A stretch of 58,761 nt of DNA, from the sequence record SRR2962707_856. One strand, 5' to 3'. Shown piece after piece: positions 8,369 through 17,407 of the stretch. A program made the translations under genes and the position numbers. Each line of letters opens with the position of its first letter. The stretch's first letter is position 1. The notes beneath the pieces were generated by a model. That model had not been told where the DNA came from and made no database searches. It was given only the letters and a program-made list of their open reading frames with translations.

Positions 8369-8757
8369 TAGCGCCTCCGAAATGCGAACGCGCCAGCGTC
8401 AGCTATGACAATCGCCGGGACCAAGACTTGCGCCATGGCGTTGATATGGACGGGAACGTCGATGATGACGAACCCCGTACCGGCCAGCCCGTTTACAATC
8501 TGCACCAGATAGATAGCGGACCACCACAGGCCGAACGGAACAACAATCAGCCACCTGCCTACGCTGGTGGCAGACCACGCCCTGCTGGCCTCCACAACAG
8601 CAATGTCGCGAGCGGCTTCAATGCGCGCAATATCGCGCTCCGCGTCCAGCTTATCGGCGTTGGTGGTGGCATTTAGCTTAGCCTGGTACGCGGCAAGCAG
8701 CGGCCCGGTGAATTTCTCCACCACGCCGCCCGTTAGGATGGATATTAGCCAGCCCAC
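8368..8757 (-). CDS. Holin-like membrane protein
   Basis: 2-3 hydrophobic segments, basic C-terminus, lysis cassette position. Confidence 0.55.
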   Translation of the reverse strand: MGWLISILTGGVVEKFTGPLLAAYQAKLNATTNADKLDAERDIARIEAARDIAVVEASRAWSATSVGRWLIVVPFGLWWSAIYLVQIVNGLAGTGFVIIDVPVHINAMAQVLVPAIVIADAGAFAFRRR

Positions 8758-8951
8758 TAGGTTGCCCAGCCGTGTTTCTTGGCCAAGGCGTGCCAGTATT
8801 TCGTCCCGGCGAACACCAGCCCGGACAGCAGCGCGCTAACCTCGTCGACGACCAGCGGATCCTTGAGCATTTCGGTGATGTCGGCGGGTACGGCACGAGC
8901 GGCAAGCCAGCCGGCCAATACGTATAGGAAAAGGCGAGCCCATAAGGTCAT
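8757..8951 (-). CDS. Small holin-like membrane protein
   Basis: Two hydrophobic segments, ends AKKHGWAT; coupled to endolysin. Confidence 0.6.
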   Translation of the reverse strand: MTLWARLFLYVLAGWLAARAVPADITEMLKDPLVVDEVSALLSGLVFAGTKYWHALAKKHGWAT

Positions 8952-9724
8952 GCCGCGTCCCTTTCTTCGTTTTCGTGATTGTCGTTGGCCGGTTCTATGA
9001 CGACCGGCTCGTTGCTTTTCTGACCTTTGATCCGCCGAACCAGCCAGCTTACCGCTGCAATAACCAGCAGCGCGACAATGACGAGCACGCCGGGCTGTAT
9101 GCCCGAAGGCGTAAGCGTGGGCGCTGCGGGCTGTGCGTCAGACTGCGGGGTCTGGTCGACAGTAACGGGCGGTGTCTTGGCGAAGGCGGCTTGTAGTTCC
9201 TTGCTTACGTCGATCTTTTTTGCCGAAGACCAGTCCGGCGACATGTTGGCGCGTACACGCGTGTATTCCGTCATCGTGCCGTTGCTGGACCACTTGCCGT
9301 CGAAGAACAGGTCGCGCTCTAGACCGCGCCGACGCGCTATCTCGTTGGGCTTGGTCCAGTTCATAAAGGCTTGCCGCGCCTTCTCAATCTGGCCCTTGCG
9401 GAAATACTGCACCCAAGTCGCGCGCTTGATGGCGCCAGTGTTCCAATGAAACGAAAGCGCGGCCGCGTACTGGTGTTCGGTTAACGGCACCCCTGCGAAC
9501 GCCTCATCGACCTGTTGTGCGTACCGCTTGAGCGCCCACACGAACACGTTCATGCAGTGCTGCAATGGCGCAGGCTTGCCGATATAGCGCTCGACGCTGT
9601 GGCCGGTGGCGTTGGTCATGCCCACGCACCAGGTCATGACGCCGACCGAGTCCTTGTAAGTCTGGCGCACAAGCGCCTCGTGGGACGCCAGTTCAAGGGC
9701 GGCCCGTGCAGTGAGTGCCATCAC
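8948..9724 (-). CDS. Endolysin (GH24 lysozyme) with C-terminal TM segment
   Basis: HEALVRQTYKDSVGVMTWCVG (E-x8-D-x5-T), AALSFHWNTG, RRRGLERDLF; TM GVLVIVALLVIAAVSWLV. Confidence 0.9.
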   Translation of the reverse strand: MMALTARAALELASHEALVRQTYKDSVGVMTWCVGMTNATGHSVERYIGKPAPLQHCMNVFVWALKRYAQQVDEAFAGVPLTEHQYAAALSFHWNTGAIKRATWVQYFRKGQIEKARQAFMNWTKPNEIARRRGLERDLFFDGKWSSNGTMTEYTRVRANMSPDWSSAKKIDVSKELQAAFAKTPPVTVDQTPQSDAQPAAPTLTPSGIQPGVLVIVALLVIAAVSWLVRRIKGQKSNEPVVIEPANDNHENEERDAA

Positions 9725-9871
9725 GGCCTCCTTATCGATGTTTGATAATTAGATCAGGGTGTGCAGGTACCAACGTCGCCCTGTGCAAGGCGCCGCCCGG
9801 TTCCAACGAAGTTCATTGGTTCACCTGTTGATGGTTGTGATGTTGCTCAAACTTGGTCGGATAGGGTATTG

Positions 9872-10645
9872 ATGGGCTTCGCAGAGAGGACCTATGGCCA
9901 AATGAATTATGTGCCCCGCGCTTTCGTGGAAAAGACGAAGACGAAGAAATTCAGATACGGCCACTTATTCCCGGCGCTCAAAAGCCTCACGACTGCCTTC
10001 GATCTCCCAGTTCGTCGTGTGCTATCTTATGGTTGCGCGACAGGCGCCGAGTGCTTGACGCTGGCCGAGCTATTTCCAGAAGCGCAAATCTTCGGAACAG
10101 ACGTGCTGCCCGAAATGGTCGCCGAGGCAAAACAGAGGTGCGAAAAACACCCCCGTATCACCATCCTTCCATACGATGAGTTTTGGAGCGGCAGGGCCGG
10201 CAGTTTCGACATTCTTACGTGCATGTCCGTGCTGATCGAATACCCGTACAAACATGTCTCGCGAGAGGAATGGGCACTACGAGAGGAAGCCCCCGAGCTT
10301 TGGCCGGAAGTGGAATCTCGATACCTCACCGCGACCAAGCAAGCGATGCCATTCTCTGAATTTGAAATGACAATTTCGGCGCTTGATCGGCACGTGGCAC
10401 CCGGCGGGGTTTTCGTGCTGTTCAATGCAAACTATCGCCTGACGGACACGAAGCCCGGCGCGGGCTATCAGCCAATACTTTGGCCCAACGGAAACATAGA
10501 GACCTTCCCGATGATGACCCCGAGCGGGCAACCGATTCACCGGGATCACACCGAAGTTGTTTTCAGAAAGTTTCCTAGAGGCTGGAAATCCAGCAATCTG
10601 TGGATACGCGGTCTGTTCCATCGTGGGAATCGTACCAAGCGATGA
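9872..10645 (+). CDS. Class I SAM-dependent methyltransferase (moron); start uncertain
   Basis: RVLSYGCATGAE...IFGTDV, FDILTCMSVL, VAPGGVFVL; opposite strand to late operon. Confidence 0.8.
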   Translation: MGFAERTYGQMNYVPRAFVEKTKTKKFRYGHLFPALKSLTTAFDLPVRRVLSYGCATGAECLTLAELFPEAQIFGTDVLPEMVAEAKQRCEKHPRITILPYDEFWSGRAGSFDILTCMSVLIEYPYKHVSREEWALREEAPELWPEVESRYLTATKQAMPFSEFEMTISALDRHVAPGGVFVLFNANYRLTDTKPGAGYQPILWPNGNIETFPMMTPSGQPIHRDHTEVVFRKFPRGWKSSNLWIRGLFHRGNRTKR

Positions 10646-11660
10646 GATTGTTTCCCGCGCCATCCCCAACGATCTGCGGATATGCGAACTCGCTCCAGTG
10701 CGCAGCGTTGGTCGGCGTCACCTTAGACACATAGAGCTTCTGGCGCGGTTCCCCGACCAGCCAACCAAGCTCCGGCCGCGTAAAGAACGCCTCAACGCCT
10801 ATCTTTTGGACATATAGGTAACCGTGGCCAGCCTCTCCCCTGGTGCCCCATGCGCAAGCAATCTCGGTGGGGCTGATGCGATACCCGCAAAGCGGGGAGC
10901 TGGCCTCCGGGATCAGGTTTGTCCAGAGAGCGTGGTTTGTGGTGGGCGTTGTCCACGTCAAACCACCATCGCCACTCTTAGAGGCATAGAACTTGTTTTC
11001 GTACCCATCTGCGTAGTTGCGAATGAGGATGACAAGCCGATCGTCATCGACGCGAACCGCGTAGGGTTCGGTAAACTTGGCCGTCCCTGTCGTCATATCC
11101 CAGACGGTCGTGAGGCTTCCCCAATTGACGCCATCGGTTGAGAATAGTACGCCACAAATGGAGCGGCCTGTTGTGCGGTGACGGCCAACAAAGGTCTGCA
11201 TCAGGCCGTTGGAAGTCTCGATTGCAACGCCGAAGGGAACGACAAACTCTACTGGCCACACAGAGAAAAGAGAGCTGATATTGACCGGAGCGCCCCACGT
11301 GCTCCCGCCATCCGTCGATTGACAGTACCATGCGTCTTTATGGATGCCGCTCTCGATGCTCACCCCTGCGTCATAGGTGCGAAAGAACGCCGTTAATGTG
11401 TGGCTATCAGGATCGTAGGCCAAAGCAATGTTGCGGGTGTCGAAGCCCGACGAATGGTCGCAAATGAGGATTTCCGAACCGAAGGTTTCGCCTTTATCGG
11501 TGCTAACCTTGGCGCAAACTTTCCCGTCATTGGAGTAGCCGTGGGTGCTGCCGCGATAATAGGCGACCACAAGATTGCCGTTTTTGTCGAAGAGCGGGTT
11601 GGGATGCGAGTTGTAAGCGACCGCGCCGCCGCCAGTGGCTAAAGCTTTGGGAGGGATCAT
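10575..11660 (-). CDS. BNR/Asp-box beta-propeller, sialidase-like
   Basis: Asp boxes STDKGETF, STDGGSTW, STDGVNW, SGDGGLTW; ATGA-coupled to tail fibre gene. Confidence 0.8.
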   Translation of the reverse strand: MIPPKALATGGGAVAYNSHPNPLFDKNGNLVVAYYRGSTHGYSNDGKVCAKVSTDKGETFGSEILICDHSSGFDTRNIALAYDPDSHTLTAFFRTYDAGVSIESGIHKDAWYCQSTDGGSTWGAPVNISSLFSVWPVEFVVPFGVAIETSNGLMQTFVGRHRTTGRSICGVLFSTDGVNWGSLTTVWDMTTGTAKFTEPYAVRVDDDRLVILIRNYADGYENKFYASKSGDGGLTWTTPTTNHALWTNLIPEASSPLCGYRISPTEIACAWGTRGEAGHGYLYVQKIGVEAFFTRPELGWLVGEPRQKLYVSKVTPTNAAHWSEFAYPQIVGDGAGNNLIAWYDSHDGTDRVSTDCWISSL

Positions 11661-12577
11661 GTGAACCACCGTCCAACACAAACAAACTCGGCGATAACCG
11701 CAGACGAAAGATTTGTGCCTCGGAAGCATTGTATGCCAGCTACGCCGGTCGTCGCGCGGGTGGCGCCGCTATTCCCCGTGACAAAACCGCCAGCGCCCGT
11801 CGCCGTCGCCCTGGGTGTCACCACCAGTCTGTAGATATTGTCTGCAAACTCCGCTGGGAATGTCCAGTCATAGATATTCGTACGGTACATATCCGACAAA
11901 GTGCCTGACCCCGCAAAGTTGCCCGCTCCCATGTTGACGCCAAACCAACAAATCTGCGTTCCGTCAGCAAAGCGGACATATTCTCCGTTCGCGTTGCTGC
12001 CGCTCTCAACAACCCCTCCGTTTTCTCGGAACGCGGCGCGCTGGTAGGACGTGCACCGCCAATTCCCCGATCCCTCAGAAACGAAGGTGGCAACATCGCC
12101 TGCCGCTGTGGAGATATTGGCAGCACCGGGAAGAATAAGGCTTGTGGCGTTATGGGTGAGGGTGACTGCCGCATCGAACTGCAGCATAATGACGGCGCCA
12201 GCTTGAAGCGTCGAGAGCGCCGTGACTGGGCCATCTGTCCCGGTTACGTCGAAATAGTTCCCATCACCGGGGATGGTGAGCGTTGCGCCGCTGGCAATGT
12301 CACTGCCCTTATACCAGCGGTGCTGCATCTTGCCGGACGCAGAGTCGTAAACCCCCTCGACAATCCAGTTCGCGCCGTCATAGCGCTTGAGCACCCAAGG
12401 CGATGCCGAATCGTCAAGCCATGACGCGCCCGCGACAGCATAGTCGGGCGCCGTCGACCCCTTGTGTTGGGACAGAAGGGCGTCAAGGCTGTCATCTACG
12501 CGCCCGGCAAACGTAGTGGGCGGAACGGCCCCGCCGCTATTGTCGCGAGGCACGCCCCAGGTTGTCGGTTGGCTCAT
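11657..12577 (-). CDS. Tail fibre protein
   Basis: SGSNANGEYVRFADGTQICW and WTFPAEF C-terminal fibre motifs; follows tail tip gene. Confidence 0.8.
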   Translation of the reverse strand: MSQPTTWGVPRDNSGGAVPPTTFAGRVDDSLDALLSQHKGSTAPDYAVAGASWLDDSASPWVLKRYDGANWIVEGVYDSASGKMQHRWYKGSDIASGATLTIPGDGNYFDVTGTDGPVTALSTLQAGAVIMLQFDAAVTLTHNATSLILPGAANISTAAGDVATFVSEGSGNWRCTSYQRAAFRENGGVVESGSNANGEYVRFADGTQICWFGVNMGAGNFAGSGTLSDMYRTNIYDWTFPAEFADNIYRLVVTPRATATGAGGFVTGNSGATRATTGVAGIQCFRGTNLSSAVIAEFVCVGRWFT

Positions 12578-15500
12578 GTTTCAATACTCCCATAGCCCAC
12601 GGCCTGGTAATCGAATGATCGATCCACCATTTCGCCTGCACTGTTGAAAAAGGTTACGGTTGCGCCCGTCACGGACTTGCCAGTCACAGTCCAATAATCG
12701 CCCTGGATCATGTCCTGCCCCGTGACATTAAGGGCCTTGAGCGACTTGAATGCAGGGCTGAACGTGATCGTCACACCGGAAGCGGTCGACTGAAGGTCTT
12801 CGCCAGCGACTATCCTGTCGGGCATATCGACAGTGAATACGGCGCTGGTCAGCAGAGGCGAAACGGAGGGTGTTATGCTCTCAAGGCGCACCCTGAAGTC
12901 GAAGGCCCGCGCCGTATAATCTGAGATGCGAAGATCTTCCCATTCCGACCAGTCCGGGGATGCGGATGGATCGTCGTCAGTATATCTGACCTGCGCCCTT
13001 GCCGCCCACCCGTCAGGCGATTCCAGGAACACATCTTCGCCATCAAAGATGTCGTTTCCATCAAAGAAATCAATGCCGAACTCAATGCCGCCGACCGACA
13101 GCGCTGCCGTGAGATGACTCGTGTAGACCGAACCAAGATCGATCCCCGTGGCAAGGCTGTAATACCCGAGCGGTTGCCTCTCGGCTGGAAAAACTACGCC
13201 CTGATCGAAAAAATCGTCCGGTGCGAAGAAATCCGCAGTCGATTGCAAAACAACACCGCTCGCGCCCTCATCAAAGTAGGTATCGGTATAGGTTCCGCCA
13301 AAATCAGGATCGTCTGTTGCGGTCTCGACCGCGTTCAGTCGCTCGATTGGCTCGGTGCGGGTGACAATGGCGGTCGCGTCAGCGCTGTAGACATTTCGCC
13401 ACGATCTGGCTTTGATCAAATACGTGCCCTTGGCGTACGGCGCGACATAGCTGGTGCCACTAAGATCGGCGACCAGCTGCGTTGCCGATTGCCAGGTCGC
13501 CCCCGACAGGGCCGGAGAGAACCGGATTTCATAATCCTTGACGATGCTATCGCTCGTGCCGGACCATGTCATGATGATGTTGGAGCCGGCAATGTCGGCC
13601 CGGAATGTCTCCACATTGTCCGGAACACGGTAGGGGCCGGCTATATCGAAAAAAACGGTGCGCCAGACCGACACGGCACTGGTATAGACAGCTTGCACCC
13701 GCAGTTGATACGACCCGGCCTCCAGTTGAAGAACGCTGTAGGACGTGTCGGCTACAGAAACCGCAGGCTGCCATTCCGCATCTTCGGCATTGCGCCATTG
13801 GATGTTGTAACTGATCGGCGAGCCGAGGGGCGGCGGCTGCCACGACACCTCGGCACCCGAAAACAGCATCACGCCGTCCTGCAAATAGCTCAGTTCCGTC
13901 GCGATCAGATCGCTCGGCGGCTGATTGAATAGATCGACTGGCTCTGTGATCTGGCTATCGAAAGCAGGAATGGTTCCTTGATCAGCCTGATAGATCGCCG
14001 GAGCGTCGTCGACCAGAGTGAGGCGGGCGGCGAAGTCAGCCGTTGGCGCAATGGCCTTGACGCGCAGCACGACGCTTTCGATCCCTGTCACGCCGAACAT
14101 GTAGAGCGCACCGACTTCCGGTGCCGTGCCGCCAGCGACAAGCTCGATCACCGAATTGGTTCCGGCGTCTGTCACAACGCTGCGCAGCACAGATGTGCCG
14201 TCGCCCTGACGGAAGCGGATCACATAGTCGCCATCAACCTCCATCGTCACGTCGCCATCAAGCGTGATCGTGTCGCCGGAGACGGCTTTGACGCGACCAA
14301 AACCAAGGCCCCATTTGGGTACGTCATGCGTCACCCGAACCCGGTCGCCGCGTGTGCAAACCAGATGTTCGAAGTCCGTGCTCAGATTGTAGGTTTCGCG
14401 CCGCAGCCGGAGTTGGGCGATGTGATACCGGCCGAACTTCCAGATCAGGTCCGGGTCGGTGACGCCGGGAAACTCAAGCCCCTCAAAGCGTGTGGCGTTG
14501 GTTTCGTCATATCCGTCGTCATAAACGACCCGTTCGTCCTGCAGATAGTTGTTCTGCTCGTTGACAAACCGCACCCGGAAGGCGTGGGGCATATCGATAT
14601 AGGCACGCTGGCCCTGAAATCCCGAAGAATTGGCGGGCGTGAAATGCTGAACAACAACAGCGTCCGGATCATCCCAGACTACAGACCACTTGCCGTCCAC
14701 AAAGGTCGGCACGGCCCGACCTGCGGCACAGATGGCCTTGAGCGTATCCCACACCGATCCAGAAAAGTCCCGCACCTGATTGAAGGTGTAGCCCTGCTCG
14801 GTGCAGAACTCGTGCCAGTCGGCCAATTGATCAAGATCGATCTGACCAACGGCCACGGGACGCTTGTTGGCCGAGCAGGTCAGAGCATGTCGGAACAGAT
14901 CGGCCGGGTTGTTGCTGGGTTGGTCATCGACCCATGCAGACCCGTTCCATGATGTCACCCTCGATGTCACGAGGCCGTTGAACGTCTCGATGTTGCCAGA
15001 AAGCTGCGCCGTCGCCCTGATGCGCATGGCAGTCAGCGCCAGCGGCACGTCCGCATTGATCGGGTTTTCGTTACGGATGCCCCGCAGCGCCGACCAGATT
15101 ACATCCTGCGAAATCTGATCTTCACCATCGTAAAGGGCAGAGGGGCGCAGGACGCGAACGTCATACTGCCCGCGCTCCACTTCAAGCCTATAGGACTTGC
15201 GGATAGCGGTTTCATCAGACCCTTTCAGGGTCACTTCCTGAAACTGGACATAACTTCCCGACCCTGCCGGCCGATAAAGCAAGCGGATCGTCGCAGTGTA
15301 GCTGATCCGCCGCCCGTCAGATTTCCGGTAACGGTAGAGCCCGCGCGGCGCCTGCAGATCGACAATGATTTCATCAATATCAGGCGCGGTCGTGCGGACG
15401 TATTCGCTCTCGCCCTCAAGCGTGACGCTGAGATCTTCCTGAAACACCTGTGCCGGGAAAAGCGTCGGCTCGCCGTCGCCCTCATACCCGTTGAAGGTCT

Positions 15501-16161
15501 GGGTCGTGACCTCGTCAAATTCTGAAAGGGGCGTTTCCCCGATCTTGAGATCGGAAATATCCAGAGGCCCATGCCCCCAACAGAACACCGCGCGCAAATA
15601 CTGGTCATTGCCGCGCAGTTCGGTATAGGGGCTCGCCGCATATGACGGCGACACCCGATGAGTGCCCAATATGACCGGCACCGCGCCCCATGGGCTTGTC
15701 TGGTTCCGCGCCCCGCCGATCGAATAGGTTGCCGATGCAGTGTCCCGATCGAGGCTTGGCTTGGCCGGGGGGAACAACAGATTGGCGAGCAGTTGCAGGC
15801 CGATGCCTATAGCAACGTTAAACAGTGCCGTGCCAACAACGCCAAGCGAGCCAACAGCCGCGCTGATAGACGCAATGGCAGCCGTAATCGGGTCCTGGGG
15901 TACGCCGACCAGCTCAACAGTTTCGAGCGGGCAGACGCTGTCCCAGCGCTCACGGGGAACGTCGTTACCGTCGGCGCGAACAGCGCACGGAATGACTCCG
16001 TTCCAGTTGGCAGCAACGATCTCGGCAACCGTGTCCCCGGCCTGTGCAGCCGCAAATGCCTTGCGTGAATTGAAGGGGTGCGGCGCGATCGTTACTTGAA
16101 TTTTTTCATTCGAAAGGACGCGCACATTGGTGCCGCGGACAAGATCAAGTTGTTGCGACAT
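12574..16161 (-). CDS. Tail tip / host specificity protein (TipJ-like) with fibronectin-III-like region
   Basis: 1195 aa; VPVILGTHRV, SNNPA, RGDRVRVTHD; position after NlpC/P60 gene. Confidence 0.85.
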   Translation of the reverse strand: MSQQLDLVRGTNVRVLSNEKIQVTIAPHPFNSRKAFAAAQAGDTVAEIVAANWNGVIPCAVRADGNDVPRERWDSVCPLETVELVGVPQDPITAAIASISAAVGSLGVVGTALFNVAIGIGLQLLANLLFPPAKPSLDRDTASATYSIGGARNQTSPWGAVPVILGTHRVSPSYAASPYTELRGNDQYLRAVFCWGHGPLDISDLKIGETPLSEFDEVTTQTFNGYEGDGEPTLFPAQVFQEDLSVTLEGESEYVRTTAPDIDEIIVDLQAPRGLYRYRKSDGRRISYTATIRLLYRPAGSGSYVQFQEVTLKGSDETAIRKSYRLEVERGQYDVRVLRPSALYDGEDQISQDVIWSALRGIRNENPINADVPLALTAMRIRATAQLSGNIETFNGLVTSRVTSWNGSAWVDDQPSNNPADLFRHALTCSANKRPVAVGQIDLDQLADWHEFCTEQGYTFNQVRDFSGSVWDTLKAICAAGRAVPTFVDGKWSVVWDDPDAVVVQHFTPANSSGFQGQRAYIDMPHAFRVRFVNEQNNYLQDERVVYDDGYDETNATRFEGLEFPGVTDPDLIWKFGRYHIAQLRLRRETYNLSTDFEHLVCTRGDRVRVTHDVPKWGLGFGRVKAVSGDTITLDGDVTMEVDGDYVIRFRQGDGTSVLRSVVTDAGTNSVIELVAGGTAPEVGALYMFGVTGIESVVLRVKAIAPTADFAARLTLVDDAPAIYQADQGTIPAFDSQITEPVDLFNQPPSDLIATELSYLQDGVMLFSGAEVSWQPPPLGSPISYNIQWRNAEDAEWQPAVSVADTSYSVLQLEAGSYQLRVQAVYTSAVSVWRTVFFDIAGPYRVPDNVETFRADIAGSNIIMTWSGTSDSIVKDYEIRFSPALSGATWQSATQLVADLSGTSYVAPYAKGTYLIKARSWRNVYSADATAIVTRTEPIERLNAVETATDDPDFGGTYTDTYFDEGASGVVLQSTADFFAPDDFFDQGVVFPAERQPLGYYSLATGIDLGSVYTSHLTAALSVGGIEFGIDFFDGNDIFDGEDVFLESPDGWAARAQVRYTDDDPSASPDWSEWEDLRISDYTARAFDFRVRLESITPSVSPLLTSAVFTVDMPDRIVAGEDLQSTASGVTITFSPAFKSLKALNVTGQDMIQGDYWTVTGKSVTGATVTFFNSAGEMVDRSFDYQAVGYGSIET

Positions 16162-16163
16162 AC

Positions 16164-16550
16164 TTATCCCTTTGGAATGAAATAGCCCTCAATTCGCTTG
16201 GAAAGAGAGTCTGTTATGGGTGCCATGACAGACAGCCCATCGCGCTTTTCGATATGAAGCATGCGGCGGTTAGGCGCGACGATGCCAACATGTGACAACG
16301 CTCTGCCGCGCCGTATCAGGGACACTGCGCCGGGGGTTGGCGCCGTCTCGGTCCACGAACTCAGCCCAGAAGACACAAGCCTTGCGGTTGTTTCCTGCTG
16401 GCTGGCGCTCTCATATGCTTCCGCGAATGACCGCAGTTCAATTCCGAGCTCATTGGCGTAAAAGATGCAGACCAGGCCATAGCAATCGACGCCATCGAAC
16501 CCCCTGCCGCCATCCTTGAACGGCAGCCCCACATAGCGGTTGAAATCCAT
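16164..16550 (-). CDS. NlpC/P60 tail-associated peptidase
   Basis: YVGLPF..GGR..GVDCYGLV...HVGI...MLH. Confidence 0.85.
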   Translation of the reverse strand: MDFNRYVGLPFKDGGRGFDGVDCYGLVCIFYANELGIELRSFAEAYESASQQETTARLVSSGLSSWTETAPTPGAVSLIRRGRALSHVGIVAPNRRMLHIEKRDGLSVMAPITDSLSKRIEGYFIPKG

Positions 16551-16553
16551 GGA

Positions 16554-17057
16554 TCAGAACAAGCCCGGAAACATGCTCGGCACAAACGAAGTGCCGGGGA
16601 ATGGCTCGCTAACCAGCGAGTCGACCTCCAGGGAAAACCGCACGACCTCAGAGTCGTAATCAGCGCTACCTGTAAGCATGGCGGGGAACTCAATCTCGAC
16701 AGTATCCGGGTCTGACGCCAGAACAATCTCGATTGAAACGCTTGCCGGAGCCGTTATGGAGCGCACCATCGTTATTAGCGATAGGTCGACATTGTCCACC
16801 TCAAGCGCAACCTGTGGCGGGGCGTCGTCCGTCTCGCCAGACAGCACAACACTGATCGGGACGAACTGGTACACCTCACCACGGCTCGTTGTGCCATAGC
16901 TCAATGGCTCCAGCGACAACCGCTCCGTGGCGTCGGTCGACAGCCTAACCGGCTCGGCAAGGTCGTCGTGCGTGATGGTGAGTAGCGCAACGATAACCTC
17001 GCCAGTCTGCGCCGCGTAAAGCGCCCGCCTGAAGGTTTCCGATACCGTCCGGCTCAT
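16554..17057 (-). CDS. Minor tail protein (DUF1833-like)
   Basis: LLTITHDDL..PVRL...LEVDNVD...PSMFPGLF. Confidence 0.75.
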   Translation of the reverse strand: MSRTVSETFRRALYAAQTGEVIVALLTITHDDLAEPVRLSTDATERLSLEPLSYGTTSRGEVYQFVPISVVLSGETDDAPPQVALEVDNVDLSLITMVRSITAPASVSIEIVLASDPDTVEIEFPAMLTGSADYDSEVVRFSLEVDSLVSEPFPGTSFVPSMFPGLF

Positions 17058-17404
17058 GGCAGGGCCTCGAGATCGATGTTTATCACCCAGTGCCGACCAC
17101 TTATCGCCCCAACCGATGGAAGTGAGCGGAAGCGGACGTCTGTGTCCGTACCGTCGAGTGGGTGCGGAAACGTGAATGGCGAAACGCCAGAAACCAACGT
17201 GGTTTCCACGAACGTCCGCAACGCTACGAATTGCGTCAGCGTCATCCGCATTTGACCAGAAATAACGTAGGGCTGTAGCGACGACCTGCGGCGCATTTTT
17301 GCCGGGCCGGTGTCGTTCTGAGAAACAACCCTGTTATCGGGTAGACCCACCTGCAGAGCGTTGGCGAGGAACTTTTGCGGCAATGAAGCCGGCCAACTAG
17401 CCAT
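17054..17404 (-). CDS. Distal tail protein
   Basis: WPASLP...GPAKMRRR; follows tape measure gene. Confidence 0.7.
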   Translation of the reverse strand: MASWPASLPQKFLANALQVGLPDNRVVSQNDTGPAKMRRRSSLQPYVISGQMRMTLTQFVALRTFVETTLVSGVSPFTFPHPLDGTDTDVRFRSLPSVGAISGRHWVINIDLEALP

Positions 17405-17407
17405 TTA

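Noticed and set aside
10575-12577. Diversity-generating retroelement or invertible tail-fibre switch
   Set aside because: No reverse transcriptase, invertase or template/variable repeat pair was seen
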